Assembly: GCF_039654945.1 (NCBI RefSeq)
Contig: NW_027361692.1
Coordinates: 16,182,001 to 16,246,000, forward strand
Direction: 5' to 3'
Length of the DNA: 64,000 bases
Source: Dendrobates tinctorius
Taxonomy: Eukaryota
Position 1 is the stretch's first letter, and each line of letters opens with the position of its first letter. The notes under the pieces are model-generated. The model ran no database searches, was not told the DNA's origin, and saw only the letters and a program-made list of their open reading frames with translations. This document shows, piece after piece, positions 39,141 through 52,734 of the stretch. A program made the position numbers and the translations under genes.

Positions 39141-41299
39141 TAAGTAGGAAGATGGATGAAAGGAGATGCTGGACATCATTCTAAGAGAAAACAATTGGAT
39201 CTATAAACCCTGTTTTTGTAACATGAAAGGGTTAGTCTCATCTTACAGTTTGCAGTGGGTCCTATTGCTGAGACTTTCAGTCATCTAGAGAATGGGGACC
39301 AGGAATCACATGAACAGGGTTCTACATGCCCCTTTCAATTTGAGTAGAGATGTGTATGCTTAATACTTGTCTATGGAAATCCTGGAAAAAGCTGAGAGCT
39401 ATAGTCAACTTTCTACAGCAGTCCCATAAACAGTAAATGGAGCAGAGGTAAAGTAAGTGCACCTCTGCTCCATTCAAGATGTGGCTCTGTAGAGTCTTGT
39501 TCTCTGTGGTTTTAGACTCCCATTTTCAGGATTGATGGGGGTCCAGTGATTAGTAATTTGTCTCTGACGGAGCCATCTGCCCAGGGAAACACTGCTCTAC
39601 ATTTACAATACTGTCATATGTAGTATGCAGCTGTGGCCTCTTAATCAAGAAGGTGAATACATCAGGAGATTTCACACATGACACAGGGGCCCTCTGCCTG
39701 TGATTAGTGGATGCCTCTTAACATTTAAGTCTTTCTCAGGCTATTTTTATAGCTTTTCACTGTCATGATTAAAATGCCAGTAATCTTGAAGGCAGAAACA
39801 CAAAAAGTTAGCAACTGGCTACTTTGTTGTGTAGGGGAGAATTATATCCTCCTAAAAACCAAATAGTACAATTTTTCACAATCACAATGTATGGCAATAT
39901 ATACGTTCATTACAATGTGTTGAAGATAAAAGAGAACCTGAACAGTGAAAGTCACAGATGTTTTTCATGAACTTACAAAAAAATTAATGACACCAGAACA
40001 TAATAAAGTACATTAGTGTTTTACATGTTTTTTTTCTAATAAACTGTGTAAACATGATCATGGTAATGACTAAATTAAGAAAATAAAAAGAGGGATAATT
40101 TTTCTTTCTGCATTTATCTAATAATAAAAATCTGAATGTAACGCTATTGTATGTCTATAGCAAAATGGTGCCTTAAAAACCTACAGCTCTTCATACAAAA
40201 TATATTTATTACATTTGATTACATTTTTACATATGTGTATAAGGCTCTATTCCCATCTATGTTGATAATTTACATATTTGTGTGTAACGTGTATATGTGT
40301 ACATAAAGTTTATTGATGTGAACTCTCTTAATACGACTTTTGAGGCGAGGCTCCCTCTGGTGGATACTGCTGGTAGTGGAGCTGGTCAACATGATGTTAA
40401 CCCAACAGCTGCAGAAGATAATTGGAGGAGTGGGGGTAGTGACTGGGACTACATAAGCGAGCAGACTTCTCTCAGTGGCCCGGTGATGCTCCTTTCTTTG
40501 CTTATTGAGGATTTCTGTCTCCTGCCTGATCCTGCATTATTCAGCTAAGTGTCTTTTGCTATACCCTTTGCATCTGATTTTGCCTTGCTGTCAGGGGTCA
40601 GCTTGCTCCCCCAGGGGCTGCTGGCTCCTGCCCTGTATTTTTGTATCTTGTGTTTGTTTGCTCAGTCCCCTGCTGTATTAGCCTGTTGCTACATGCCAGT
40701 TCACATCTGAGTGCTGATATAGTGGGGGAGAGGTTTGTGCAAACCTCAGTATTTTTGTACATCAGTCGTGTTTAGAGATGAGCGACTTTGCTTTTTTCGG
40801 GTCGAGTCGGGTTTCATGAAACCCAACTTTCTAAAAAGTCAGGTCGAACGAAATCGGCCGACTATAGGGAAAAGTCGGGGTCCGACTGAAACACGAAACC
40901 CAATGCAAGTCAATGGGGAAGCAAAGACGGCAGGGAGTGGAGGACAGTAAACACACCTACAGTGCCCATTTCAATGCCAAAAACATCAATTCTTATTACT
41001 TAAGATTGGCAACCTTAATTTACTTTATAATAATAGTTACTCTTTGAAAACTGGGGGGTTATTTGGCTAAACTTGTGGGGGGGTAGGGCTGGCGCCAGGT
41101 TGTCGTGTGCCCTGGGCCAAAGTGTCAGTGCGCCCTTTTAACACATACCACAATTCATAATGCTCCGATACGGCACAGAAATATAGGTAAAGTACAATGA
41201 AAAATACTTCACTGCTTACATGACATGACTGATATCTATTTTAAATTCTAAAATAGCTCAAAAAACGGACAGTATATTACTCCATACAGTATTATGGCC

Positions 41300-41800
41300 A
41301 CCACCTAGTGCGCCATACAGAATAATGAGCCCCATATATTTCTCCATACAGAATAATTGGTCCCATATAATGTTCCATACAGTATATGATGAGCTCCACA
41401 TAATGCTACAGTATATGTTGGTCCCCATGGATGATGCTCCAGTGTGTTATGGGCCCAAATAATGCTCCATATATAATGGGTCCCATTTCTAATGCTCCAG
41501 TGTATAATGTGCCCCGTAAATGCTGCTCCAGTGTCTGATGTCCCCCATTTGGAATGCTCCAGTACATGTTGGTCCCCATGGACGATGCTCCAGTGTGTTA
41601 TGGACCCAAACAATGCTCCATATATAATGGGCCCCATTTGTAATGCTCCAGTGTATAATGGGCCCCGTAAATGCTGCTCCAGTGTCTGATGTCCCCCATT
41701 TGGAATGCTCCAGTATATGATGGGCCAAATGGATGATGCTCCAGTGTATGATGGGCCCCATATATCATTCTCCAGTGTATATTGCTCCCAAAAAATGCTC
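41300..41800. repeat. Diverged ~30-bp minisatellite with a 150-bp higher-order duplication
   Basis: ATGCTCCAGTGT motif repeated; 41410-41559 is duplicated at 41560-41709. Confidence 0.8.
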
Positions 41801-42210
41801 CCAACATTTATAAAAATTAAATACCTCTCCTCACTGGGCACTGCTCTACTCTGGACTCCTCAGCATTGCCATTTTAAAGCTCTCTCCACTTGTACTGTTT
41901 CGGTAGAGGGGATACAGACGTGATGTCATCTTGCTCTGTAACCTGAATGTCACTGTCAGGAAAGGCGGAAGATGTCACGGCGGTGGAGCTGGGAGAGGTA
42001 AGTATTGCAAGTGCTGTGGCCCTTAGCAAGCATGGGGGGCCAACTCGTGGGTGACGGCACTGGCACAGGGCCCCTCATAATACGACGGTATGTCTGACGG
42101 CGAGTGGGCCCTCCCACTGGCAAAGACACTTTTGCGTACTATGAGGAGCCCTGTGCCACTGCCGTTGCCCACTAATAGGACCCCCCCACCTGCTCAGGGA
42201 ACTGGCACTT

Positions 42211-42850
42211 TAATCTGCACCTTCCTCTGTGTCACCGTGTAAGGTGGTATAGTATGCAGGAAGGGGCACCTGAGTTTCATCAGAGTCACATTCTGGCTCT
42301 GTAGAGTGCAAGGGGAATGTAGTGCTGTGGGTCAATGTACCAGCAGAATCATCTAGCAGTGGCTGTGCATCAGTGCACTCCATCTCCAATTCATGTTGGA
42401 CTGAGGAATTCAGAATTTCACTTGATAACACAGGCATGGCCTGTGAAAAGAGCTCCATGGAGTAATCTGAAGTGTGGGCTGCAGCATCCTTCACTTTTAG
42501 TGGGGGTGAAGGAGACAAGGAAAGGGGTGGTTCCTGACCAGAAGCCTGCACTGACGACTCATTGCTTGCATTTTTTTAAATCTTCAGAAGAGGAGGCGAT
42601 AGAGCTGGAGACTTTTTTGGCAATGTAAGGCAAAACCAGTTCCTGATGCTCCGGCTTTAAAAGCAGTTTACCTACTCCCAGAAAAGGGAGTCTTAAAGGC
42701 CTTCTTGTGCCAGCTGATGACGCAGGCTCAACACCTCCTGCCTTAGCTGCTACTGTGCTTTTGGCAATACCAGCAGATGCACCACCACCACCATCAGTAC
42801 CAGCTGCCCCCCCCACACCCACATCCAGGGCCTCTTCCACCATACGTAAT
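42211..42850 (-). pseudogene. Extra N-terminal hAT transposase fragment
   Basis: DYSMELFS, ECTDAQPLLDDSAG, FLGVGK.LLKPEHQE motifs; homologous to 51870-52520. Confidence 0.85.
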
Positions 42851-42896
42851 AATTTTTGTGAAAGTGGACTAAAAATACCAGCAGATATATCGTACT

Positions 42897-45083
42897 TGTC
42901 ACGTCCGCCATGTCCGCCATGTCTGTTTTGCCTCATGAACCCCTGGAGCGGTGTACACGCGCACCTTGTGTCTGCTATCCTGCTTGTTCCCTAGAGCAGT
43001 GTGCACACTCACCTCATGTCTGCTGAGCTGCAAGATGCCTGCGTTTCTGCTTTGCCTTCTGTGATCTTCTCGTCATGTCTAGAATCCCTGATCATGTGAC
43101 GTTTCCTAGGATCCTGCACTGTCTCGTTCTGCAATCATCTCGTCATGTCTGAAACCTTGATTATGTGACGTTTCCTAAGGTCCTGCACTGTCTGGTTCTG
43201 CAATCATCTCGTCATGTCTGAAACTCTGATCATGTGACCTTTCCTAGGATCCTGCACTGTCTGGTTCAGTGATCATCTCGTCATGTCTGAAACCCTGATC
43301 ATGTAACTGCGCTCTGTGATCCTAGAGCATCTGAACTAGGAAGTTCTCCCCTGTTCCTGACCCGGAAGAGGAGGTGCTGTGCCCTATATCAGACCACCCT
43401 TTCCTTTGCTCAGGGCCTGATTATTGTGTTGCTTCCCTGCATGGCTCTTGGTCTGTGGGGTTGCTCCCTCTATTCTGTGCCCTTGCACTTTGCTCTGTAG
43501 TGCGTCTCTGCACACGCTCTGTGCTCGTATTCCGTCTCTTGTCTTGTGCCATGTCTTGTGTTGTCTCTCGTGCCATGTTTGTCTTTGCCTTGCTTTGCCT
43601 TGTAGTCCCCTTCTGCTGTTCTCTGTCTTAGTCTGTTTTGCTATGTCTCGCCTTAGCTATTCTTTGACTTGTAGTCCTTCCTCTGTTCTCTGTTACCTGT
43701 TTCGCCATGTCTGGTCTTTGCTATTCTGAGCCTTGTAGTACTCCTCATGTTCTCGTTTCTGCCTGGTTTTCCAAACTCTGTCCTTTGTTGCTCTCTTGCA
43801 CATTTCCATGTCTAGTCCCAAGGTCTTCCCTTGGCCCGGCTCTGGGCTTCTGCCTACGCTCCGCTGCTAGACTCTGTTCTCGCTCTGTCCTGGCTCCTTT
43901 TCTGCCTATGTTCCTTGCCTTGTTTCCTTGCCTTGTTTCTTGCCTTGTCCTTGCCTTGAACCCCGGCGTGGGTTCTCCTTGGCCGTCTCCTGTGCCGTGG
44001 TAAGTGCCTCGTGTTTGTGTACAGCCGTGTGCACTGGCCAGTGTGGCATGCCGCCTGCATGGCTCCTAGCACGCAGCCCTTCCTTGAACCTTGGCGTGGC
44101 TCCTAGCATGCACTCTGCCTTGAACCCTGGCGTGGCTCCTAGCACGCACCCTGCCCTGAACCTGGCGTGGCTTCTAGCACGCACTCTGCCCTGAACCTGG
44201 CGTGGCTCCTAGCACAAAGGTTCCTTTGCCCGCCTCCTGTGCCAAGGTCGTGCCTCGTGCTGGCGTTACAGCTGTGTGCACTCTGTCTTGAACCTTGTGC
44301 CTTGGCGTGTCTCTATACACGCACTCTGTCTTGTACCTTGTGCTTTGGCGTGTCTACACACGCACCCTGTCTCATTTTGTGAACCCTGGCGTGTCCCCTA
44401 CACACGCACCTTGCTTTGCACCTAGCCTTGAACCCTGGCGTGTCCCCTACATACGCACCTAGCCTTGAACCCTGGCGTGTCCCCTACACACGCACCTTGT
44501 CTTGCACCTAGCCTTGGACCTTGGCGTGTTCACTAACATGCACCATGCCTGGATATCTGTCGTGCCTCCTTGCCTGAACCCTGTTTTGCCTGCCGGATGC
44601 CCGGAACCTGCCGATCGCTGCCAGAGATCGTAAGCTGGATGACTGCGGCCTGATGTCCGGAGCTGATGTCCTCAGCCTGATGCCTTGATCATGTCGATCG
44701 TCGCCAGCGGTCCGGAGTCCGATGCCATTGTGCCTTTACCTGTACCTAGGCGTGCCACCTGGCACGTACCATGCTATGGACCTTGGCATGCCCACGCACG
44801 CACTTTGCACGTTTTGTTTGTTTTCACTTTTGCACTGAATGTGATCCTGAAGATCTTAATGAAGATACCTTACACTTACCTCTTGTCTTGTCTTGTTTCA
44901 GTGTCCCCCTGAGCCGGCCGTCTGGTCCCAGCAGTCGTGGTGGCTCACCCCCTTGGTCTTGCCCCTGACACTCCCTGTATAGGGGGTGGATTCTCACAAG
45001 GTCAGCTCGCCCTCGGTGGGTGGGTGCCATGACCCAGAGGGTCCACTCAAAAAATGGGCTCAGCAGGAGCTGAGTCCATCACA
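42897..45083 (+). mobile_element. Long solo LTR (2187 bp) with internal tandem repeats
   Basis: TGTCACG...CATCACA termini; perfect 5-bp TSD GTACT; the uninterrupted homologous site is at ~52561. Confidence 0.85.
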
Positions 45084-47990
45084 GTACTGTTTCAGAAGCG
45101 GACAGCTCTATACAGTCTAGGGATAATTGTAAATCTCTGTATATATTTCATGAGTCAGACACGGATGGTCACAGGCTCAGTATGGATAAGACAATATTAT
45201 AAAAATTTGCAAAAGGGTACAGTATCACTATACTCAAGGTATATATAGTATAGTTTAAACATACTGAATCTCCGTATACATTTCAGGGGGCAAATACAGA
45301 CGCTCTCAGGCCCAGTATGGATCCGACAACAATATAGAAAGTTGAGAAAGGGTACTATGGTGCCCCTGGGGTACGGTCGCCACAGAGGTACTGCACCTCA
45401 TCCAAAGGTGTGGTATCCCACCCTCAGGTAAAGAGGGATCACCACTCAGGACTCCTAACCCTGCACTCAACACACACTAGTTAGTCAGTGCTTTCTGGGT
45501 GTACCCGGTGGGAGGATGGTCTCATCCCAGACTGACTAGGAAAGGGTGCTGGGGGTTAGTGTGGAAGGTAGGTACAGTGGGAGGAGCTTAGGTAGTGGAG
45601 TGATTGTGGGCATCCAATCAGAGAGAGCAAGCTGACAGTTGATGGGTGGAGCTGGTCTGAGGTAAATGGATCTTTCTAGAGAGTTGTCAGTCGGTGACAG
45701 GACAGTAAGAGCAGGATTGCTGTGAGAGGGCTGAGGGTCAGAGAAGAGAGAAAAATATTGTCCAAGCTCCTAGACTGAAAGGAAGGGGTCCTTGGGGCAT
45801 GGAAGTGCACTAAGCCACCTGTGAAGTCCGTTTCTGGAGAAGGAAGGACCAGGCCTCGTTGGGGAAGGTGGCTCCTGAAGGTAGTGGGGAGAAATACAGG
45901 GCTCAGCTAGAAAGACGGAGGCTGAGGTAACTTTAACTGCCTCAGTCGCAGCCGCATTCAATATTCAAAAAAGCAGCAGTTGGAATAAAGGACCCCGGAG
46001 TCTGACCCACATCACCCGGTGTGATCCGTGGCTGCCGGCTTGGGACACTGTTTGCGAAGGCGCACAGCAGGAAGGAAGGGAGAGATCAGCACAGTGACAT
46101 GGCCTAGAAAGGATACACAAGGAGGAGTCTTGAACAGGTGTTCCTGATCTACCTTTGAGTTTGCCAGACCCCTCCCTCGGATGACACAGTACCAATCGGG
46201 TCATCTTGTGCACAAAACTTTTGAGGAAAAACTCAGAAACTGCACCCAACTGTGTCCTAGGTGGCTTTTACAACTCGCCTGCTACACACGCTACACTCAC
46301 CATCACCGTCAATGGCTCACAAACACCATCTCAACTGCCCTGGGATACAGCTCTGCCCATGGAGAGCTTCATCATCTTGTCTGCTTTAACACCGGCCCAG
46401 AGGATCTGCATTGCAGTGTCGGCTACCCTAGCCGAGTACCACGGGTGGCGTCACGATCCCCCTTTTCCAAATTAATTATCATACCATCTTCTCCCTCATT
46501 TGAACTGTCATATTCTTTATTGGACACCCAGGGCCACGGACCGGGTCCCAATCACCACGTGACATACTTCCCCTTTAAAAGAGCCTGAAAGGCCCGGTAC
46601 TGAGTAACCCCCAGCTCTGCGTGGCATTTCATTTTAACACCAGATAGCAGGGATATATTGTACAGTTACAACATTATAATTCTATGTATATATTTGGGGA
46701 GGCAGACACAGACGCTGTCATGGCCAGTATGGATTCGACAACAAACTAAAAAGTAGAAAAAGGGTACAGTATCACCAGATCCAAGGTATATATAGTATAG
46801 TTTCAACATTCAAAATCTCCGTATTTATTTCAGGAGGCAGACACAGACGCTCTGAGGCCCAGAATGGATTACACAACAATATAAAAGCAGTAAAAGGGGA
46901 ATGGATCCCAAGCGTACTGCTGTATACAGTGTTGGGGTCATTTGGCAATCTACATATATATTTCAAGAGTAACACACAGCCTCTCACAGGCTCAGTATGG
47001 ATCACACCATAATATAAAAAGAAGATCCGCAAGAAATAATCACACATGTGTGCCAATGTTCCAGGTGTCAATGATGCACTTTGAGTGGTGGGTGGAGGAT
47101 GAATTTCGGTCACAAAGAGTACTGGATCAACAGATACAAGGTATATATAGTCTACTTAAAATACAAAAAAATTTCCGTATGTATTTCAGGAGGCAGACAC
47201 ATATGTTCACATGCTCAGTATGGATTTGACAATAATGTTACAAGTTGAAAAAGGGTACAGTATGACCAGATACAAGGTATATATAGCATAGTTTAAACAT
47301 TCTAAATCTCCATAGACATTTCATGAGGCAGACACAGACACTCTCAGTCCAAGTATGCATTAGCCAAGAATATAAAAAGTATAAAAAGGTTACTGTATCA
47401 CCAGATACAAGGTACATATAGTATTGTTTAGACATCATAAATCTGCTTATTTTTTTTCAAGAGGCAGACACAGACGCTCTCAGGGTCAGTATGGATTACA
47501 CAATATAAAAAGCAGTAAAAGGGTAATGGATCAGAAGCGTACAGCTGCATACAGTGTTGGTGTAATTGTAAATCTCAATAGATATTTCCAGAGTCAGAAA
47601 CAGACTCTCACTGGCTCAGTATGGATTAGACCACTATATAAAAAGCAGTAAATGGGTAAGGTATCACAAGCATACAGCTGTATACAGTGTTGGGTTAATC
47701 TTAAATCTACAAATATATTTCTGGAGTTACAGACAGATGTTCACAGGCTCAGTATGGATTACACAAGAATATAAAAACTTGAAAAAGGGTAATGTTTTAC
47801 AATCGTTCAGCTGCATACAGTGTTCGTGTCATTTTAAATCTCCTTATATTTTACCAGAGTAAGACACAAACTCTCACAGGCACAGTATGTATTACACACG
47901 AATATAAAAATGAGAAAAAGGGAAATGTATTTGAAACGTACACCAGTATACAGTGTTGGAGTACTTTGAAATCTTTGTTTATATTTCACT
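45084..47990. repeat. Diverged ~130-bp tandem array (CAGTATGGAT...AAAGGGTAC), interrupted by an LTR
   Basis: Recurrent CAGTATGGAT, AAAGGGTA and GAGGCAGACACAGAC motifs; homologous to the 130-bp unit of copy 1. Confidence 0.8.
45356..46631 (+). mobile_element. Probable solo LTR (Gypsy-like)
   Basis: GC-rich block interrupting the array; degenerate termini TATGGTGCCCC...GGCATTTCA. No clear TSD. Confidence 0.55.
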
Positions 47991-48584
47991 GTCAGTCTGC
48001 CAGTCCAGACTCTCCGCTAGAGGAAGGTAGATGGATAAAAGTACAGATGTAAAGTCAAGTGATTTTAGATGTTTTTGAATTAGTAATCACGGGAAAACCT
48101 CCCAGGAGATGCTGACCCTCAATAACTTTAACTGTAGATACAGCTAAAATGCAAATTAGTGAAGAAAGGGTTGCTGTATCGCAGTAGCATCAATCCCTTC
48201 ACTGTAACTCATCTCCATCAAATTGTGATCACAGGGAGAGCTGTAGACATGTTCCTCACTGCCTATCATGATCTGTCTGGTCACTTTGGAGTGAAAAACA
48301 CACAAGCCACAGGCCGTAGGGAATTCTATTGGATTGCCATGTGAGGACACATTGAAAAATGGTGGCAGGAATGTCACATGTCTGTGACTATGAAAAATGT
48401 GAAAGGTGATCATAAAGCAGCACTGCATCTGATTGGGAGTTGACGTCCCTTACAAATGGTAGCCATTGGTAATCTGAAGGTAGAGGCCAACAGGACAGGA
48501 CATAGCTACATCTTAACCATCATCGATCAGTACACCAAATTTGCAGTGGCCATCCCTGCGATGGATTTAACTGGCCAGACTACA
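47990..48584 (+). pseudogene. Gypsy integrase fragment embedded in the hAT
   Basis: YHDLSGHFG...FYW...EC (HHCC region) and YILTIIDQYTKFAVAIPAMDLTGQTT (catalytic core start); contains stop codons. Confidence 0.85.
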
Positions 48585-48985
48585 CAGCGGTGGAGCAGGG
48601 AGAGGTAACTATTGCAAGTGCTGTGTCCCTGAGCAAGCAGGGGGGACCCACTTGTGGGCGCTGGTACTGGCACAGGGCCCCTCATAGTACGCCAGTGTGT
48701 CTGACGGCAAGTGGGCCCCCCATCATCAGAAACACTTTATTGTACTATGAGAGGCCCTGTGCCAGTGCCATCACCCAAGGGTGGGGCCACACACCTGTTC
48801 AGGGCAACAGCACTTGCCCGGGTGCGGCAGGTGTTGACCCTGGGCCTGGGGTGGGGGGGCCCATTTCAGGTGGTTTAAAAAATGGCATATGTTGATGTGT
48901 AGGCTGGACTTTCAGCTGCTGCAAATGGAGCAATTGGAGAAGTCAGAGGAAGAGGAGGACAAAAGCGAGCCTTTTTTCTGGCAAC

Positions 48986-51900
48986 CTATGTGTTATCAGG
49001 GGAGGGTGGGACAAAACCTTTTGAAACCCATGCATGGTTTATTTTAATGAAGGTTAGATCATCAACATTTTGGGTCGACAGACGGGTCCTTTTTTCTGTC
49101 AGGATTGATCCAGCAGCACTGAAAACTCTTTCAGATAGCACACTACCAGCAGGGCAAGCGAGCTCCTGTAAGGCATAGTGTGCCAATTCAGGCCATGTGT
49201 CCACTTTTGAGGCCCAATAATCAAAGGGGAATGACCTGTGAGGGAGAACCTCGATATGGGAGAAGTAGTTTGTAACCATAGTTGACAACTGCTGTCTCCT
49301 GTCAATTGCAATCGATTCTGTATTAGCTTTTGTGTGCGCGGGACTTGAGAAATCAGACCACAACAAGGTCAGGAAACCCCTATCTCCAATGCCAGTTCAG
49401 CTGTGTGCACCACGAACACCTCTTCCATTTTGCCCACTACGGCTCATGGGAGAACCAGCTCCGCTGCTGTGTGCTGGGAATGCCTCAAACAACCTGTTTA
49501 ACAGAGTTGTTTGTTTGTTAACCAATATTAGCTCTAGGTTTTCCTGTGGCATGATGTTGTGTAATTTGCCTTTATAGCATGGATCGAGGATGCTGGCCAA
49601 CCAGTAGTCATCATCCCTCATCATTTTGGCAATTCGGGGGTCCCTTTTTAGGATCCGCAAGGCATAGACACACATGTGGGCCAATGTTCCAGGTGTTAAT
49701 GCTGCACAGCTAGTGGTGGGTGGAGGAGCACTTTCTGGCAAATCCACATCCCTCCAGTCATGCACAAACCCTGTACCTGACCTTGGCACACCCACATGTT
49801 CCCTTGCCCCCTGAGAAGCATCTTCCTCCCCAAAATAATCATCCCCCTCATCCTCCTCCTCATCTTCCTCTTCTTCCTCCACCTTGTCCACGACAGTTCC
49901 CTGTCCAGACAATGGCTAACTGTCATCAAGGCTTCCCTCCTCCTCCTCCTATTGCTCCTCAGCTGCAGACGCCTGTTCCTTGATGTGTGTCAAAGTTTGC
50001 ATGAGCAGACACATAAGTGGTATGCTTATGATGGCATCGTCTGCAGTTATCAGCCGTGTACATTCCTCAAAACACTGAAGGACTTTACAGAGGTCTTTCA
50101 GCTTTGACCACTGCACACCCAACAATTCCATGTCTGTCCTCAAAATGCTTGCCCGTGTATCCTCCCACAAATGCATTACAGCCTGCCTCTGTTCACACAG
50201 CCTCTCAACCATATGCATGGTGAAGTTCCCTCTTGTAGCAACGTCTATGATTAGGCGGTGCTTGGGGAGGTTGAGTGATCGCTGCAGCCTCTGCATACGA
50301 CTGGAGTGGACGTTTGAGCGATGGATGTGCAGGCACAGTCTTCGCACCTTATGGAGCAGGGCTGTTAACTCCGGATAATTATTTAGGAAGCACCGCACCA
50401 CCAGGTTCAAGGTGTGAGCTAGGCAAGGTATGTGTGTGCTTTGAAAGGGCTATGGCTGCCACAAAATTCCGCCCATTATCACTGACTACCTTGCCTGGCT
50501 CAAGATGTAGACTGCCCAGCCATGACTCAGTTTGTCGATGCAAGTATTCGGCCAGTACCTCCGCGCTGTGTCTACTGTCGCCCAAAGACATAATTTTTAA
50601 AACAGCCTACTGCCGCTTATGACTAGCTGTTCGATAGTGGGACACCTCATGTGCAACACTGACAAATGTGGATGGAGTGCTCGTGCGACTGAGCTCTGTC
50701 GACGAGCTTTCGCTTCTGGAGGAGGAGAAGGAGGTGGGTCGAACGCCTACACCCAACTGTTTCCTATACCGTGGGCTAGTCAGCACTGTTCCACTGCCGC
50801 TGTCCCCTGTGGAGCCTGCATCCACCACATTAACCCAGAGCGCAGTGATGGATACGTAACGGCCCTGGCCATGCCTACTGGTCCATGCATCTGTTGTGAG
50901 GTGCACCTTTCCACTCACTGATTATATTAGTGCATGGACAATGCGGTCTTTCACATGCTGGTGGTGGGCGGGGATGGCTTTTTGAGAAAAGAAGTGCCGA
51001 CTGGGTAGGTCATAGCTTGGGACAGAGTAGGCCATTTGCTCTTGGAAAGCTTCGCTTTCTACTAAACGGAAGGGCATCATCTCTAATGAAATCAGTTTGG
51101 CAATGTAGGCGTTCAAAGCCAGTGTACGCCGATGAGAGGATGAGTACTATCTTGTCCTACTCAGAGTGTCTGGTAGGGTGAGCTGGACTTGAGAGCTGCA
51201 TATGGGGGAATTAGCATTGGACATGATGGACTGAGAAGGGGTTGGTGATGGTGAGGGTGTTGATGGCCTAGATTCAGTGTTTCCTTGCAAAAATATTGTG
51301 ATTGCCTGACTGGTTTGGCCTAGCGACGACACCTCAACATTTCTTGATGGTGGTGTGCTTAGCGGTGGCCTTACATGGGGGGAAGCGATGGAGCACTGCC
51401 GGCTAACTTGAGTCGGAGCAGGTGAACATGTGCTACCTGAGCTTTTGTAGTCCGTCCACGCTTGCAAGTGTATGTTGGTTAAATGTCTAAGCATGCAACT
51501 TGTATTCAAATTTCATAGCTTTTTCCCTCTGCTAAAGGTCCTTTGGCACTTCTTACAGATAACCTTTGCATCATCAGTAGGATTTTGTTCAAAAAAGTGC
51601 CACACTGCACTCTTCCTACTATGGTACAAATTTTCAGGGCTTACATGCTGTGCTAATTTGACAGTCTGGCCAAGCTGTCCTGCAACTCTTTTAGTTTTCT
51701 TGCCAAGTTTTTTGACAGCTACGGGCCTGCCGGATAACCGCTGCTGCGATGACGATGCCTGCTGTGGATCCTGCTCCTGTTCTGACCTATTGTCACCAGC
51801 ACCCTCTTCCCCCAATGGATGCCAATCCGGGTCAACAACTGGGTCATCCATGACCTCCTCTTCAATGTCATCTGCACCTTCCTCTGTACTTTCCTCTGTG

Positions 51901-52522
51901 TCACCGTATAAGGTGGTATAGTATGTGGGAAGGGGCACCTGAGTTTCATCAGGGTCTGATTCAGGCTCAGTAGACTGCAAGGGCAATGTAGTGCTGTGGG
52001 TGAATGTACCAGCAGATACATCTAGCAGTGGCTGTGCATCAGTGCTCTCCATGTCAGATTCATCTTTGACTGGGGAATTCAGGATTTGACTTGATAACCC
52101 AGGAATGGTATGTGAAAAGAGCTCCATGGAGTAATCTGAATTGTGTGCTGCAGCATCCTTCACTTTTGGTGTGGGTGAAGGACACAACGAAAGGTGTTGT
52201 TCCTGACCAGAGGCCTGCACTGACGACTCTGTGCTTGCAGTTTTTGTAACTTCAGAAGAGGAGGTAATAGAGCTGGAGGCTGTTTCGGCAATGTAAGCCA
52301 AAACCTATTCCTGATGCTCCGGCTTTAAAAGTGGTTTACCTACTCCCAGAAAAGGGAACCTTAAAGGCCTTCTTGTGCCAGACGATGACGCAGGCTCAAC
52401 ACCTCCTGCCTTAGCTGCTATTGTGCTTTTGCGAGAACCATCCGATGCACAACCACCACCACCATCAGTACCAGCTGCGCCCCCCGCCCATGTCCGTGGC
52501 CTCTTCCACCAGACTTCCTCAT
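48986..52522 (-). pseudogene. hAT transposase, copy 2, with multiple stops and frameshifts
   Basis: Collinear ORF fragments homologous to 13685-17219 (BED finger, LTTDAW, VSDNG, SERVFS). Confidence 0.92.
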
Positions 52523-52734
52523 GTTTGGGAAAATGTACCAAAAATGCCAGCAGAGAAATGGTACTGTATGAGTAGCGTACAGCTGTGTAAGGTGTATGTA
52601 AGAAGTGAAATCTCTGTATATATTTTGTGAGTCACAGACGCTCACCCAGTATGTATTTCACTGTTATCCAACAAGCAGATATACGGTACTGTATCAGTTG
52701 TACAGCTGTATACGCTGTTGGTGAAACTGTCAAT

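Noticed and set aside
40285-40770. LTR-like fragment at the hAT copy-2 insertion site
   Set aside because: No second terminus or TSD found.
43374-44968. Cys/Leu-rich ORFs
   Set aside because: Products of low-complexity C/T-rich LTR repeats; no domain motifs.
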